Positions 8,369 through 17,381 of a DNA stretch of 30,703 nt are shown in pieces. The stretch comes from a bacterium. Its GTDB lineage: Bacteria > Babelota > Babeliae > Babelales > JABCYS01. The stretch spans positions 1 to 30,703 of the forward strand of contig DAIDHG010000006.1 in the NCBI GenBank assembly GCA_027452085.1, read 5' to 3'. Each line of letters starts with the position of its first letter. Within the stretch, counting starts at the first letter, position 1. The notes under the pieces are model-generated. The model was not told the origin of the DNA. It did no database searches and worked only from the letters and a program-made list of their open reading frames with translations. The position numbers were made by a program, and so were the translations under genes.

Positions 8369-8887
8369 TTGAGCCAAGCCATGTTAGAAACCATTGTCTC
8401 TACATGTTTTAATCTTCTCAACGTGGCAATCCTTTTGATTATTTGCTGGTACGTTTACCAAACGCGTGCCCGCATCACACTTGAGCAAGCAAAATCCCAT
8501 AGTGAGGCAGCTCAAGATGCCGTCAAGCGAGCAATCTCACAATCAGAGCAACTCTTTGGCTCCTTAACCGAGGCAGCTCAAGCTCAAAAACAGTATAGCC
8601 ACACCTTGGCAAATCATGTTCGCCGCTGGCGTGAGTATGAAGCTTCACTTGTAGCATCATGGCGCCAGGAACAAGAAATTTTAGAAAAAAAAATTTATGA
8701 GCGGCATACTAAAAAGCAACAAGGCTTAGTGTTGTTGTACGCACAAACCCATCTCATGCCGTCGGCGATACAGGAAGCTCAACGAGCAGTTACCCAGCAA
8801 TTTGCAGACCCGAATAAAGGCGCTCGGTATATTGATACCGCCATCAAACAATTGCTTTGTATCGCCAATAAAAGGAGTGCACCGTGA
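8369..8887 (+). CDS. atpF: Second, divergent ATP synthase F0 subunit b
   Basis: Single N-terminal TM (FNLLNVAILLIICWYVY) then a long A/Q/E/K-rich coiled-coil. Directly upstream of atpH. The start may be ATG 8381. Confidence 0.6.
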   Translation: MSQAMLETIVSTCFNLLNVAILLIICWYVYQTRARITLEQAKSHSEAAQDAVKRAISQSEQLFGSLTEAAQAQKQYSHTLANHVRRWREYEASLVASWRQEQEILEKKIYERHTKKQQGLVLLYAQTHLMPSAIQEAQRAVTQQFADPNKGARYIDTAIKQLLCIANKRSAP

Positions 8888-9423
8888 CATTTGAACAATC
8901 AACGCTTGCTCGCAAATATGCGATGGCTTTTTTCATTGTTGCAGACGATTCATTTGATGAGCATGACTATACTGCTGCAGGGATATTGCTCCAATTCTTT
9001 ATCGATCATCGCAATTTTTTAGGCCTCTTAAATCTTCCAATATTGGAAATAACAAACATTCATTCGTTGATTGAACAACTGGCACAAAAATTTAATTCTT
9101 CCCATTATTTTAAACGTTTATTAATCTTGCTCATTCGTCAGCGACGCATGCTTATCTTCCCCATGATCTTGCATCATCTGCGCGAATTGTATTGCGAGCG
9201 CGAACACATCATAGAATTTGAAATAGCCTCATCCCATAGCCTTGATGATGAAGCACGTACTGTTTTAGTACACTTACTGAGCTCAGCAACCGGCATGCGA
9301 ATTAGGCCAACCTATCGCCTTGAACCAAAACTCATTGCTGGTATACGTATGCAAAGCAACACATTGGGGTGGGAACATTCGGTACGCAAGCAACTGCGTG
9401 AAATTAGATATGAAAGCATGTGA
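8884..9423 (+). CDS. atpH: ATP synthase F1 subunit delta
   Basis: LARKYAMAF N-terminus and C-terminal EPKLIAGIRMQ...WEHSVRKQL. GTG start with AAGGAG RBS. Overlaps both neighbours. Confidence 0.9.
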   Translation: MTFEQSTLARKYAMAFFIVADDSFDEHDYTAAGILLQFFIDHRNFLGLLNLPILEITNIHSLIEQLAQKFNSSHYFKRLLILLIRQRRMLIFPMILHHLRELYCEREHIIEFEIASSHSLDDEARTVLVHLLSSATGMRIRPTYRLEPKLIAGIRMQSNTLGWEHSVRKQLREIRYESM

Positions 9424-10916
9424 TGGAACTTAAAAGCACAGATCTTATCTCATTATTCGAGCAAACCTTAACTGGTTTACCTCAAGAAAAACTCGACGAA
9501 ATTGGCATTGTCGTTCAGATTGGCGACAATATTTGTCGTATTCATGGGCTCGCGCATGCCGTTTTTGGAGAACTGGTAAAATTTGAAGGTGGCAACCGCG
9601 GCATTATCATGAATCTTGATGAAGATTACGTTTCAGTGTTCTTGCTCTATAACAACATACCGGTCAATGAATTTGAGATTGCACAACGCACCGGCGGTGT
9701 GTTTAAAACACAAGTAGGCACACAACTGTTGGGCCGTGTCGTGAATGCACTTGGCAAACCTATCGATGGTCTGGGTGAATTAAAAACGAATGAAATTCGC
9801 GCCGTCGAACATGCCATTGCTGGCATTATTGACCGAAGCCCAATCAATGAATCATTGGAAACAGGCATCATCGCTATTGATGCGCTGGTACCAATCGGCA
9901 AAGGTCAGCGTGAACTTATCATTGGCAATCGTAATACCGGCAAAACAGCTATCGCATTGTCGACCATTCTGCATCAGAAAGATAAGAATGTTATCTGTGT
10001 GTATGTATCTATCGGTCAGCGCCAAGCAAACTTAGCGCGGCTTGTGCGCACGCTTGAACAACATGGCGCTATGGATTATACCGTGGTGGTTGCGGCTGAA
10101 GCGAGCGAAACGGTGATAAACCAATATCTCTCACCCTACGTGGGCTGCACTATTGGCGAATATTTCCGCGATCAGAAAAAAGATGTGCTCATTATTTATG
10201 ACGATCTCACTAATCACGCGGTCGCCTATCGAGAAATGTCGCTCCTGATGCGCAGGCCGCCCGGACGCGAAGCGTATCCAGGCGATGTTTTTTATCTGCA
10301 TTCACGGTTACTTGAGCGCGCTGGCAAATTAGCCGCTGGTGGATCGTTGACGGCACTTCCGATTGCCGAAATTCAAGGCGATGACATCAGTGCCTACATT
10401 CCAACCAACCTCATTTCAATTACTGATGGCCAAATATTTCTTGATACCAAACTGTTCAATCAAGGCGTACGCCCTGCCATCAGTGCTGAGCTTTCCGTTT
10501 CACGCGTCGGCGGTGCTGCACAAACAAAGGCGATTAAAAAAGTAATTAAGGCATTGCGTCTTGAACTTACCCAATATCGCGAACTATTGGACTTTGCGCA
10601 ATTTGGCACTGAGCTTGATCCAGTATCACAAAAGAGCTTGGCCCGTGGTGCCATCATTATGGAGATTCTTAAACAGCCAGAGATGATCACCTACTCATTT
10701 GTTGATCAAACACTCATTCTCTTTTTGTTACAAGAAAATTATCTCGATGCCTTACCGCTCAACCAAGTGCGCTCATTTGCAACACAGTTTGTCAGCTATG
10801 CGCGTGCAGTATTTCCAGAGCAGTACCAAAACATCAAAAAAACAGGCGATTTTAGCGATCAGGATCGCGCATCAATGAGAGCCGCAGCTAAAGAGTTTGT
10901 GGCAATATTTGGATAA
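9423..10916 (+). CDS. atpA: ATP synthase F1 subunit alpha
   Basis: LLGRVVNALGKPIDG, PIGKGQRELIIGNRNTGKT, YDDLTNHAVAYREMSLLMRRPPGREAYPGDVFYLHSRLLERA, SITDGQIFL and SVSRVGGAAQ. ATG 9423 overlaps the atpH TGA (in-frame GTG at 9420 is an alternative). Confidence 0.97.
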   Translation: MELKSTDLISLFEQTLTGLPQEKLDEIGIVVQIGDNICRIHGLAHAVFGELVKFEGGNRGIIMNLDEDYVSVFLLYNNIPVNEFEIAQRTGGVFKTQVGTQLLGRVVNALGKPIDGLGELKTNEIRAVEHAIAGIIDRSPINESLETGIIAIDALVPIGKGQRELIIGNRNTGKTAIALSTILHQKDKNVICVYVSIGQRQANLARLVRTLEQHGAMDYTVVVAAEASETVINQYLSPYVGCTIGEYFRDQKKDVLIIYDDLTNHAVAYREMSLLMRRPPGREAYPGDVFYLHSRLLERAGKLAAGGSLTALPIAEIQGDDISAYIPTNLISITDGQIFLDTKLFNQGVRPAISAELSVSRVGGAAQTKAIKKVIKALRLELTQYRELLDFAQFGTELDPVSQKSLARGAIIMEILKQPEMITYSFVDQTLILFLLQENYLDALPLNQVRSFATQFVSYARAVFPEQYQNIKKTGDFSDQDRASMRAAAKEFVAIFG

Positions 10917-10955
10917 AGCATTTGAAGATCGCTTGGGAAAAAATGCATCTCCCCT

Positions 10956-10993
10956 TTCTGCTAATCTCTAAGTCGGCTTAGAGATTAGCAGAA
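10956..10993. repeat. Perfect 17-bp inverted repeat (hairpin) downstream of atpA
   Basis: TTCTGCTAATCTCTAAG-TCGG-CTTAGAGATTAGCAGAA, with no adjacent U-tract on either strand. Confidence 0.85.
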
Positions 10994-11095
10994 CTCGATC
11001 GCACAACGTAAGATATTCTTACAAATCTGGTTGCCAGTTTTTTTGGCATTTAATGGAATCGGAAAAAGCAATACATCACTACCATCAGCAGCTCT

Positions 11096-11124
11096 TTGAT
11101 CCCTACGGCAACTTCGCGTATACT
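11096..11124 (+). promoter_or_regulatory. sigma70-type promoter of tRNA-Arg
   Basis: TTGATC-N17-TATACT ending 21 nt upstream of the tRNA 5' end. Confidence 0.65.
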
Positions 11125-11145
11125 TTGTATCCTCCATTCTTAAAA

Positions 11146-11222
11146 GCGCCCGTAGCTCAGCTGGATAGAGCAACGGATTTCTAATCCGTAGGTCGCTGGT
11201 TCGAGTCCAGCCGGGCGCACCA
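11146..11222 (+). tRNA. tRNA-Arg(TCT)
   Basis: 77 nt. Acceptor stem GCGCCCG/CGGGCGC, D arm GCTC-AGCTGGATA-GAGC, anticodon arm ACGGA-TT-TCT-AA-TCCGT, T arm GCTGG-TTCGAGT-CCAGC, encoded CCA. Confidence 0.97.
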
Positions 11223-11238
11223 CACAAAAAGGATCCGC

Positions 11239-12447
11239 ATGCGCAATATTCTGCTACTCCTGCTGCTATTTATCAGCTGTCTCATTCATGCAATTGAATA
11301 CAATCATCCCATTGATCATGAAAAACTGCGATTGCATGGTGTCGAATACCGCATTTGCGAAACTATGGGCTCCGATGGACCCGTCGTTATTCATTATCTC
11401 ATCGTTGATCCTAGAAAGGCTCACCTTATTCTAGCCGCCGACAAAAGGTGCGGGCACGCAGTGCCAACTTCAACCTTAGCAGATGATATGAAAGCGTTGG
11501 CGGCCATTAATGGCGGTTTTTGGGATTTTCAGGCGTATAACGGCTTGGTTGATCGCATACATCACTGTCTCATGATGTTTGGCATATATACATATGATGC
11601 GTATCCAGTGTGGGCGTCGAAAGTAGAAGACCAGTGGTATGCAATTTCAAAAGAACGCACTGAGGCTGGTCCATCACTCAATGGTGTTACCAAGACGCAA
11701 TTTGGCATTCTTGGTTGGAATGATGCGGGAGAGGCTTGTATCGGGCACTGTGCAACCTCGTTCATGCTCGATATAAATGGCACACCATACCCAATTCATG
11801 ACCTGAATAAGCCGCGCTCATCCGGGCGCATACTCTACACACCAGTTTTTAAAGGTAAAACACCCAAAAAGAATAGTGCCGTCGATATCATTATAGATAA
11901 TGGCAGTGTGGTGGCAAAACACAAAGGCGGCAGTTCGCGTGTGCCTAGCTCGGGATTTGTATATGCCAGTTCTAAAAAACAAGCTAAAGAAATTAACGTC
12001 GGTGATACGGTCGACCTTGCTATTGCGTATATATCACCGGATATAGCAGCAGAGACATTGCGGGCTATGACCTACCTTCGCGGCACCACGCCGGTATTAT
12101 TACAAGGTGGCGAAGTAGTGAAGGCGCTTCAGGAAACAAAATCTGAATTCTGTAATAAACGCCATCCGCGCACCGCAGTAGGATTATTTCCCGATGGTCG
12201 CTGGCTATTGGTTGTTGTCGATGGCCGCCAAACGCATAGTGTTGGCATGTCACTCATTGAATTGGCAAGCTTTTTTAAACAGTTCGGTTGCACCTCTGCT
12301 ATTAATCTTGATGGCGGCGGATCTTCAACCATGATTGTTGGTGGTTATTTGGTTAATTCGCCCTCAGGAGATACCTATAGCATTCGCCGCGGTCAAACCA
12401 TGGAACGGCCGGTTTCTGATGCTATTTTAGTTGTGGCTCGTCATTAA
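11239..12447 (+). CDS. Secreted phosphodiester glycosidase (NAGPA/DUF2233 family)
   Basis: Signal peptide MRNILLLLLLFISCLIHA. Motifs AAINGGF, RHPRTAVG, VVVDGRQ, GMSLIELA, AINLDGGGSSTM, NSPS and ERPVSDAI. Confidence 0.9.
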   Translation: MRNILLLLLLFISCLIHAIEYNHPIDHEKLRLHGVEYRICETMGSDGPVVIHYLIVDPRKAHLILAADKRCGHAVPTSTLADDMKALAAINGGFWDFQAYNGLVDRIHHCLMMFGIYTYDAYPVWASKVEDQWYAISKERTEAGPSLNGVTKTQFGILGWNDAGEACIGHCATSFMLDINGTPYPIHDLNKPRSSGRILYTPVFKGKTPKKNSAVDIIIDNGSVVAKHKGGSSRVPSSGFVYASSKKQAKEINVGDTVDLAIAYISPDIAAETLRAMTYLRGTTPVLLQGGEVVKALQETKSEFCNKRHPRTAVGLFPDGRWLLVVVDGRQTHSVGMSLIELASFFKQFGCTSAINLDGGGSSTMIVGGYLVNSPSGDTYSIRRGQTMERPVSDAILVVARH

Positions 12448-14125
12448 TCGCGCCAAAGGTAAAGGCATACAACGACACTTCCGCAGGCACCTCGAGTGTC
12501 AGCAGATGCCGCCCAGGCTCTTCAAGATTTATGAGCGCATACATTTTTGATTCACGCACGGTAATTTGACTCTGCTCATCCATATCTTTGGCTCTGTAAG
12601 ATGCTGGCACTCCCTTTCCATCAAGAAGAACTGTTATTTTTGCCGGCTCTTGTGCCGTCATGACCACGTACACCCGTTGCGCATGAAAGTTGAGTTGTAA
12701 TTGGGCTGATTTATCTTGGGAAGTAATTGCTTCTGCTGACACTCGCCACATGCCATTTAATGAAACTTGATCCTCGTCTAAATGTCCGGAAAAAGCATAC
12801 TTTTTTGCCACATCATGCTGTAACGTAATTGACCATGGGTAGTTGCGCGCACGCTGATAGCCAAGATAAATCTCGGGCGTCTGCAAAGTAAAGAGCGGGC
12901 CTTTTTTTTCCTCTTCTTTTGTAGCTGCAAGGCCAAGCAAGGAGCGAATCATATTCTCAGTATGCTGATAGTGGCCTTCGCCAAAGTGAATTTCACGAAT
13001 AATGCCCTGTTGATCTATCAGATAATGTGCTGGCCAATATTGATTAGCGTAATTACGCCAGGTGGCATATTCGTTATCTATCGCAATGGGATAGGTAATG
13101 CCGAGCCGCTTGGCAGCATCCTCTACATTTTTAACTTGATGCTCAAAGGCAAACTCTGGGGTATGCACACCAACGATTACAAAGCCGAGATCTTTGTAAT
13201 CGTTGTACCAACTTTTCAGATATGGCAGCGTGCGAATACAATTGATGCAACTGTAGGTCCAAAAATCAACAAGTACCACCTTACCTTTCAGCTCATGCAT
13301 GGTAAGTGGCGCTGAATTAATCCAAGTATGAATACCAACAAAGTCGGGGGCTTTGCCGCCGATGATAGGTGCTTGCGTAGTCATGCCAACCTCATTTTTT
13401 AGTGCTTCTAACTCTTTTTGCACGATCGGAATATCTTCTACACCAACTGAGGGAAAATAGTTGGCAGTTAATTGCTGCACGAGCATATCTACATGCAAAG
13501 CGATCGCAAGCGCACTGCATATTAAGAACAACCCAAAAATTTTACGAATCCATTGGCTATAGGGCGATATGGTGCCAACCAACCACACGCCGCCCTGGAT
13601 AATGAAAAACATAGGCAATGCGGTGCCGATACTATAGGCAACAGTGACTGCTATTGCTTGGCCAGTGACCTCACCTGTTGCAGCCAAGGTGGTAATTGCC
13701 GCCAAAATTGGTCCCGCACACGGCGCCCACACAAGCCCAAGTGCCACACCAAAGAAGAGGCCAGAGATAAATCCAGTTCCTTGTGTTGAGAGCTGGGCAC
13801 GTGAGCCGAACTGAACCAAGGGCGATACGAGTTTGGTGAATAATAATTCAAATCGCGGAAATAAAAGGGTAAGGCCGAAGAGAACAAAGAAAATGATAGC
13901 AACAAATCGCAACGTATTTGGCGAGATGCCAAACGCATGAATAATCGAGGTAAGAAATAGGGTAAAGAAAGAAAAACTAACGATAAGGCCGATGATAATA
14001 GCATACGGCCTATATCTGCCCGGTCCTGTTCCCGCCGCAAGCAATAACGGCAAAACCGGCAAAATACAGGGTGACAACGAAGTGATGATACCGGCAATAA
14101 TTGCAAACAAGAGTAATAAAAACAC
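12422..14125 (-). CDS. dipZ: DipZ-like CcdA/DsbD transmembrane domain + thioredoxin + C-terminal beta domain
   Basis: SPCILPVLP and WAPCAGPILA in the TM domain, DFWTYSCINCIRTLP (CxxC), GVHTPEFAFE, NQYWPAHYLID, TPEIYLGY and YAFTFG. GTG start with GAGGTG RBS. Confidence 0.9.
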   Translation of the reverse strand: MFLLLLFAIIAGIITSLSPCILPVLPLLLAAGTGPGRYRPYAIIIGLIVSFSFFTLFLTSIIHAFGISPNTLRFVAIIFFVLFGLTLLFPRFELLFTKLVSPLVQFGSRAQLSTQGTGFISGLFFGVALGLVWAPCAGPILAAITTLAATGEVTGQAIAVTVAYSIGTALPMFFIIQGGVWLVGTISPYSQWIRKIFGLFLICSALAIALHVDMLVQQLTANYFPSVGVEDIPIVQKELEALKNEVGMTTQAPIIGGKAPDFVGIHTWINSAPLTMHELKGKVVLVDFWTYSCINCIRTLPYLKSWYNDYKDLGFVIVGVHTPEFAFEHQVKNVEDAAKRLGITYPIAIDNEYATWRNYANQYWPAHYLIDQQGIIREIHFGEGHYQHTENMIRSLLGLAATKEEEKKGPLFTLQTPEIYLGYQRARNYPWSITLQHDVAKKYAFSGHLDEDQVSLNGMWRVSAEAITSQDKSAQLQLNFHAQRVYVVMTAQEPAKITVLLDGKGVPASYRAKDMDEQSQITVRESKMYALINLEEPGRHLLTLEVPAEVSLYAFTFGAINDEPQLK

Positions 14126-14264
14126 GATGCTTCACCTCAACTCAAAGTTCTCTCTTTCATTACCCGCCTCCAAAGCCATTGACCACATCCCTACTTACAA
14201 GACAAGGCTCATGAATCATTATGACTCGCCTACGAAGCTATTGACCGCGCTTCGGGTCCAGGGT

Positions 14265-15587
14265 CTAACCCTGGCGCCATTTGAATTTACGCCAACCGAT
14301 CAGGCACATGCGCGAGAGTAGCACACCGCCGTGGAATCGGCTGATTTGGCTGGTGCCGTAGGTACGTGCTTTATAATGCACAGGCATATCTACAATTTTA
14401 AGATTTTGTTTGGCCGCGCCAAAGAGCAGATCAAAATCGCCGTATGGATCGAAATCACCAAAAAAATGGCGGGCGGCAACAATGCGCTCATAATCATTTT
14501 TATACAATACTTTCGTGCCGCACAAGGTATCTTTAACGCGTTGATTGAGCAGCCAAGTAAAGATCAAACTAAAGCCATGGTTGGCCAAAAGATTCAAAAA
14601 GCGCATAGCTTGATCTTCCATACCATACACCAGCCGAGAGCCGTTAATAAACTCACCTTTGCCTGAAATCAGCGCCTCGTAAAATTTAGGCAACTCCTCT
14701 GGTGGCATGGTAAGATCAGCATCCAAAATCATCAACACATCACCTTTTGCACGCGCAAATGCTTCACGCACGGCATTACCCTTGCCTTTGCCCGATTGCA
14801 CAAAATAGGTAATGTCCCGATCAGCGTAAGCCTGCGCAACACGCTTAATTTCATCAAGCGTGCCATCTTTTGAATGACCTTCTACAAATATAAATTCGGT
14901 GTGCGCCCCCATGCGCGGGGTGCGCGTAATTGCTGCTTCTATGTTGCCACGCTCGTTTCGACAGGGAACGATGACTGAAACAGTTGGTAATTGTGTAACT
15001 TCAGCTTGCTCAGCTCGCGCAATAATCCATGAGCTCAAACATAGTTTATTAATCAGCGGTGCCGGGCCTAGAATGTTATTAAAAAACCACGAAATACCAG
15101 GAATATAGACCGGCAGCAGCATATCCTTGCCTGATGTTACCACATTAAAGCCTGAAAGATTTAATAAATTGACCAAATCATACTGCGAGAGCCAATGACG
15201 CGATCGTTGTGATGAGGCAATCTTAAGCTTGGATGCACCATTTAAAATCGGTTCCCATAGATAGTTGTAGGTATCGATAACGATACGTGTGCTTGGTGTG
15301 CACAATGGTTTAATGCTTTGTAGAGTTGATTGTACGTCATCTACATCCATCGTGGTATGTGAAAGAATGATATAATCAAAGGTCTCTTGTTTAAGCTCTG
15401 ATATATCCAAAGCTCGCACGCCGTATGCCGGCTGCACGGCATCTAATAGATATCTATGTCGATTACCAACCTGCAACACACGCATGCCGGGTGGAATGAC
15501 AAAACGGTAAAAATTCTCGAGCAATGTGTGAAAATAACGACGATTGCGCGAATCTGTTTGAACGGCTAGTTGTTGCGCAGCGCTCAT
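14265..15587 (-). CDS. GT2 glycosyltransferase (polyprenol-phosphate glycosyltransferase/DPM-like) with N-terminal degenerate methyltransferase-like domain
   Basis: C-terminal VSVIVPCRNERGNIE, FVEGHSKDGT, GKGKGNAV, ILDADLT (DxD), DTLCGTK, DPYGDFDLLFGA and YKARTYG. N-terminal IPPGMRVLQVG...FDYIILS. Confidence 0.85.
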   Translation of the reverse strand: MSAAQQLAVQTDSRNRRYFHTLLENFYRFVIPPGMRVLQVGNRHRYLLDAVQPAYGVRALDISELKQETFDYIILSHTTMDVDDVQSTLQSIKPLCTPSTRIVIDTYNYLWEPILNGASKLKIASSQRSRHWLSQYDLVNLLNLSGFNVVTSGKDMLLPVYIPGISWFFNNILGPAPLINKLCLSSWIIARAEQAEVTQLPTVSVIVPCRNERGNIEAAITRTPRMGAHTEFIFVEGHSKDGTLDEIKRVAQAYADRDITYFVQSGKGKGNAVREAFARAKGDVLMILDADLTMPPEELPKFYEALISGKGEFINGSRLVYGMEDQAMRFLNLLANHGFSLIFTWLLNQRVKDTLCGTKVLYKNDYERIVAARHFFGDFDPYGDFDLLFGAAKQNLKIVDMPVHYKARTYGTSQISRFHGGVLLSRMCLIGWRKFKWRQG

Positions 15588-15607
15588 AACAAACCTTTCG
15601 AGTATAC

Positions 15608-16429
15608 TCAGATTTTATTGCGCCAGGCCTCTGCTTGGCGCTCTTGCATTGCGGGCACAAATGATATCGGAATCACATTTCTAAACATGCCACTATCGGC
15701 GGGAATGATGGAGATCATTGCGTCAATAGCTTCTTGAGGATCTTTTTGCTTACCTAAAACGTGAGCCATCAACTTTTTCATCTCAGCACGCTTGGTAAAA
15801 TTCACCGCATCATCCATCCAATAGAATGCCGATTCGGTCATCGTATCATTAAAGCCAGTGCGATAGGCGCTCGGGTTAATGGTCTGCACTTTAATACGAT
15901 ATTTCTCGAGCTCTTTCTGCATGGTCTCGGCTATTGCTTCAATGGCATGCTTTGATGCCGTGTATGCACCATAGCCGGCACCCCCGAACAAACCGGCGAC
16001 TGAGCTTATAAAGACAATCTTTCCTGGGCGTTTTTCATCAACAAATTTTCGAACAAACTGCTGGGTAAGATTGAGCGCGGCAAACACATTAGTATCAAAG
16101 GTTCGTTGCACCAATTCCAGCGGGATCTCACTGATCGGGCCAGTAAAACTGATGGCAGCATTGTTCACCAAAATATCGATATCAAACTCTTTGATCGCAT
16201 GTTCAACATCAAAACAATCAAGGATATCCAATTTTTCAACGCGCAGATTCTTTAAACCAAGCTCTTCCGCTTGTTCGCGCAATTTCGTTGCTTGCGGCCA
16301 AATTTGAACGGTGGCAATGACCTCATGCCCTTTCTTGGAAAGACCAAGCGCTACACCTTCACCAAAGCCGGATCCGGCACCAGTGATTAAAATTCTTTTT
16401 TTGCTTGAGCTTATTGTCTTAGCACACAT
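15608..16429 (-). CDS. Classical short-chain dehydrogenase/reductase
   Basis: ILITGAGSGFG, DILVNNA, FISSVAG, catalytic YTASK and INP motifs. Confidence 0.9.
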   Translation of the reverse strand: MCAKTISSSKKRILITGAGSGFGEGVALGLSKKGHEVIATVQIWPQATKLREQAEELGLKNLRVEKLDILDCFDVEHAIKEFDIDILVNNAAISFTGPISEIPLELVQRTFDTNVFAALNLTQQFVRKFVDEKRPGKIVFISSVAGLFGGAGYGAYTASKHAIEAIAETMQKELEKYRIKVQTINPSAYRTGFNDTMTESAFYWMDDAVNFTKRAEMKKLMAHVLGKQKDPQEAIDAMISIIPADSGMFRNVIPISFVPAMQERQAEAWRNKI

Positions 16430-17381
16430 GCGTCTTCTCCTTCAATTGTACAAAACTCGGCGCAGTGCAATGATGTTGGAGATACCAATCATAGGTGCGT
16501 TTTAGGCCATCTTCCAACGAAACTTGTGCTTGCCAGCCATGCGCGCGAATTTTTTCTGAGCACAATAATTTTCGAGGCGTACCATCAGGCTTACTGCTAT
16601 CAAAGACAATGCGCCCTTCGTAACCAGTTACTTGTTTGATCAACGTAGCCAACTCAGCAATGGAAAGCTCAGCCCCCGAACCAACATTGATCCATTGATT
16701 CTCTTCATACTGATCCATCAGCATCAGCAATGCAGCCGCCAGATCGTCGACAAATAAAAATTCTCGCAGCGCCCTACCCGTGCCCCACAATACCACTTCA
16801 GGGTGACCTTCGATCTTTGCTTGATGGAATTTGGTAATTAATGCGGGAATCACATGGGATGATTCGGTGTTGAAATGGTCGTGTGGGCCATACAAATTGG
16901 TTGGCATGGCCGAGATAAATCGAGTACCATACTGCGAATTGTATGCCTGACACAATTTGAGCCCGGCAATCTTTGCAATTGCATAGGGCTCGTTGGTTGG
17001 TTCAAGCGGACCTGAAAGCAGATACTCTTCTTTCATCGGTTGCGCGCAGAGGCGCGGATAAATGCATGATGATCCGAGAAATAATAATTTTTGCGCACCG
17101 TATTTGTACGCAGCATGCATCACATTGCTGGCAATCATTATATTATCGTACAAAAAAGATGCCGGCAGCTCACTATTTGCCTTAATGCCGCCTACCTTAG
17201 CGGCAGCAACATATATATGGCTCGGCCGCTCATCAGAAAACAACTGTTCTACTTGCTGCTGATTGCGCAAATCCAGCTGCGCAAACGTGCGGGTAATAAT
17301 GGTCGACGCACTCCTATTATTCAAGGCACGTAGCAAGGCCGAACCGACTAACCCTTGATGGCCTGCCAAATATATTTTCAT
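16419..17381 (-). CDS. fcl: GDP-L-fucose synthase
   Basis: [72 protein letters not shown] and KPDGTPRKL. Confidence 0.96.
   Translation of the reverse strand: MKIYLAGHQGLVGSALLRALNNRSASTIITRTFAQLDLRNQQQVEQLFSDERPSHIYVAAAKVGGIKANSELPASFLYDNIMIASNVMHAAYKYGAQKLLFLGSSCIYPRLCAQPMKEEYLLSGPLEPTNEPYAIAKIAGLKLCQAYNSQYGTRFISAMPTNLYGPHDHFNTESSHVIPALITKFHQAKIEGHPEVVLWGTGRALREFLFVDDLAAALLMLMDQYEENQWINVGSGAELSIAELATLIKQVTGYEGRIVFDSSKPDGTPRKLLCSEKIRAHGWQAQVSLEDGLKRTYDWYLQHHCTAPSFVQLKEKTHVC

Noticed and set aside
7744..10916. N-ATPase operon
   Set aside because: Lacks the atpD-atpC-atpQ-atpR-atpB order, has a separate delta subunit, and subunit c has Gln rather than a second Glu in helix 1.
10985..11227. 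80-aa minus-strand ORF (MCGAPGWTRTSDLRIRNPLLYPAEL...)
   Set aside because: It is the antisense reading of tRNA-Arg, a well-known spurious-ORF pattern.
11146..11238. tRNA-Arg as an integration site for an island
   Set aside because: No integrase, and I found no duplicated tRNA 3' end in the window.
14233..14274. Two small hairpins (CGAAGC/GCTTCG and CCAGGGT-CTA-ACCCTGG) at the GT2 stop codon, REP-like in appearance
   Set aside because: Stems are only 6-7 bp, there is no U-tract and I noticed no second copy, so neither a terminator nor a repeat family is supported.
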